From Candidatus Woesearchaeota archaeon (GTDB lineage Archaea > Nanobdellota > Nanobdellia > UBA10117 > JABICX01): a stretch of DNA of 64,000 nt. The number at the start of each line of letters is the position of its first letter. Positions within the stretch are counted from its first letter, which is position 1. A model generated the notes under the pieces. That model ran no database searches and had not been told where the DNA came from. It saw only the letters and a list, made by a program, of their open reading frames with translations. The stretch covers positions 30,747 to 94,746 of the forward strand of contig JABICX010000004.1 in the NCBI GenBank assembly GCA_018652045.1, read 5' to 3'. Positions 62,213 to 64,000 of this stretch are shown piece by piece. Both the position numbers and the translations under genes were made by a program.

Positions 62213-62719
62213 ATGAAAGACGTAGGTGCGGGATGTTGTGGAAACTGTAACTCTCACGAGCCAGACAAGTTTGGCCGCACTAACGACGATTATATTCAAA
62301 TTGGTAAATTAGCGATAGCACTGAGGCAAAGCAAAGAGATGTATCAATTACTACGTGCTTTTAAAATTGGATTTAAGCGCAAGCACGATTTCGAGCTTTC
62401 CGGACGTTTTCAGGACCTTCAAGATCTTTTAATGGATCAAATTAGAAATATCGATGAACAGATCGTAGACAGCCAAACCCTTGGTAAAGGCAACCTGTTA
62501 GAAATAACTGTGTATGGTGTTATGGAAGAAGCTAGCCAATTAATTGATGAGAATAGGGAGTTGCTTCCTTCTGATTTTGGAGACTACATTAACAGTTTTC
62601 AGACGCCACCAAAAGAACCATCTGATATGGATACATGTTCAGCACCAATGGGCGATAACCAAGTTGGCAGCATTTCTCTGAAAGACCACATGACAGGTGG
62701 GCCAGATAATAGCGCGTGA
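62213..62719 (+). CDS. Hypothetical protein (168 aa)
   Basis: ORF between gatE and the EF-2 gene, with an N-terminal CCGNC. No family recognised. Confidence 0.5.
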   Translation: MKDVGAGCCGNCNSHEPDKFGRTNDDYIQIGKLAIALRQSKEMYQLLRAFKIGFKRKHDFELSGRFQDLQDLLMDQIRNIDEQIVDSQTLGKGNLLEITVYGVMEEASQLIDENRELLPSDFGDYINSFQTPPKEPSDMDTCSAPMGDNQVGSISLKDHMTGGPDNSA

Positions 62720-62760
62720 TTCTCCGCAAAGCTTATAAAACAGCTTGCGAGTTTTAACAC

Positions 62761-64000
62761 ATGGCGATGGACAAACACACTGAGAAAATTCTGAAAGCAA
62801 TGAAGTTTCCAGATAGAATCAGAAACATTGGTATCGTCGCGCATATCGATCACGGAAAGTCTACTTTTTCAGACAATATTATTGCAGGAGCAGGAATGCT
62901 TTCAAAGGAATTAGCGGGCGAAGTTAGAGTCACAGATGATATGCAGGAAGAACAAGAAAGAGGAATTACAATTCAGACTGCTGCAGTTTCGATGGTTCAT
63001 ACTTATGAAGGCAAAGAGCTTTTAGTTAATCTTCTTGATACACCCGGACACGTTGATTTTGGCGGAGACGTTACTAGAGCTATGCGAGCAGTTGACGGCG
63101 CAGTCGTTCTTGCTTGCGCAGTTGAGGGAGTAATGCCTCAAACTGAGACAGTTCTTAAGCAAGCTATTCAAGATCGAGTTAAACCCGTTCTTTTCATAAA
63201 CAAAGTCGATCGGTTAATCCGTGAGGTTAAGTTAACTCCTGAAGCAATGCAGGAGAAGTTTGTCAAAATCATTACAAATGTTAACAAGTTAATCAAGGAT
63301 ATTGCACCTGCGCAATACAAAGAATCTTGGCAGGTAAATGTTCTAGATGGTTCAGTTGCATTTGGTTCAGCATATCATAACTGGGCTTTGAGTGTCCCAC
63401 TTATGAAAAGCAAGGGAATTAGTTTCAAAGACATCATTGACGCGTATAATACTGGAAATGATGAGGATTGGAAAAAGCTGGCAGATAAAGCACCCTTGTC
63501 AGAGGTTGCGCTAGATATGGTAGCAAAGCACTGCCCAAGTCCCGCAGAAGCTCAGAAGTATCGAATCCCACACCTATGGACTGGTGATGTAGATTCTCGA
63601 ATCGGACGTGAGATGCTCGCATGTGATCCAAATGGGGAGTTAGTTTTCATAGTTACAAAGATGAAGGTTGATCCACAAGCAGGAGAACTTGCTTTTGGTA
63701 GAGTCTTTTCAGGTAAATTAGAAAAGGGAAAAGAAGTATATTTGAACGGCGCAAAAGTGGCTGGCAGAATCCAGCAAACTATGCTTTTCAAGGGCGGAGG
63801 TACTAGTAGAATCGTTGTACCTGAAGTTCCTTCTGGAAATGTAGCAGCAGTTGTAGGATTGCGAGCTGCAAATTCAGGTGAGACTGTTTCAGAAGAACCA
63901 ATAGCCACCTTCGAAGGAATCAAGCATATTTTTGACCCAGTTGTTACAAAGGCAATTGAGGCAAAGAATCCAAAGGATCTAGCAAAGTTGATTGTTGCAC
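62761..64000 (+). CDS. fusA: Translation elongation factor aEF-2, 3' end beyond the window
   Basis: My own translation from ATG 62761: MAMDKHTEKILKAMKFPDRIRNIGIVAHIDHGKSTFSDNIIAGAG...DTPGHVDFGGDV...NKVDR. Not in the ORF track because no stop falls inside the window. Confidence 0.9.
   Translation, partial: MAMDKHTEKILKAMKFPDRIRNIGIVAHIDHGKSTFSDNIIAGAGMLSKELAGEVRVTDDMQEEQERGITIQTAAVSMVHTYEGKELLVNLLDTPGHVDFGGDVTRAMRAVDGAVVLACAVEGVMPQTETVLKQAIQDRVKPVLFINKVDRLIREVKLTPEAMQEKFVKIITNVNKLIKDIAPAQYKESWQVNVLDGSVAFGSAYHNWALSVPLMKSKGISFKDIIDAYNTGNDEDWKKLADKAPLSEVALDMVAKHCPSPAEAQKYRIPHLWTGDVDSRIGREMLACDPNGELVFIVTKMKVDPQAGELAFGRVFSGKLEKGKEVYLNGAKVAGRIQQTMLFKGGGTSRIVVPEVPSGNVAAVVGLRAANSGETVSEEPIATFEGIKHIFDPVVTKAIEAKNPKDLAKLIVA

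Noticed and set aside
62725-62751. A third copy of the CCGCAAA hairpin motif (CGCAAAGCT-TATAAAAC-AGCTTGCG) between ORF 62213 and the EF-2 gene.
   Set aside because: It shares only the 7-8-mer and a generic hairpin, and lacks the ATTGAAAA...TTTTCAAT module. An 8-mer match is expected by chance in 64 kb. It may simply be a terminator or TATA-containing spacer.

Overview
This is an archaeal chromosomal segment. It has low-to-moderate GC by eye, uses the standard code, and is very compact, with many ATGA/TAATG start-stop overlaps, GGAGG-type SD sites, and TATA-like boxes about 25-35 nt upstream of many starts.

Layout:
- Core: the complete archaeal ribosomal-protein supercluster rpl3...rpl15-secY (18.6-32.5 kb). 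A modified secY-downstream block follows (HAD hydrolase, orphan ORFs, DUF106 insertase-like, rpl34e, orphan, rpl14e, cbf5). Then comes the rps13-rps4-rps11-rpoD-rpl18e-rpl13-rps9-rpoN operon (38.1-41.7 kb).
- Left flank: a MacB-type ABC transporter, Pth2, ArsR, a Dph6-like ligase, GNAT, Taw1, TatD, SepF, the UPF0147-prefoldin beta-Pcc1-RpoP-eL43 block, Ndk, a DHH phosphoesterase, archease-RtcB and Orc1/Cdc6.
- Right flank: an S2P protease, TFE, Elp3, a small accessory-looking block (rubrerythrin, Ogg, methyltransferase, orphans), TrmB-like regulators, DNA ligase, nitroreductase, FtsZ, a gatD-tRNAAsn-gatCAB-gatE cluster, and the start of aEF-2.

I found five tRNA genes: Gly-UCC, Ser-GGA, Ser-UGA, Asn-GUU and an interrupted Gln-UUG. 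I found no rRNA, CRISPR array, transposase or integrase.

I do not see a self-contained novel multi-gene system that I can defend. The most notable observations are:
- the doubly interrupted tRNA-Gln;
- the interleaved GatDE/GatCAB cluster with an embedded tRNA-Asn and a GatE that seems to lack the AspRS-like insertion domain;
- a 95-bp perfect repeat shared by the Lys/Ala-rich tails of uS3 and eL32, part of a wider pattern of such tails;
- a conserved hairpin element upstream of sepF and rpl3;
- orphan ORFs wedged into normally conserved ribosomal-cluster slots.

The lineage guess (a small-genome, DPANN-like archaeon) is inference only.
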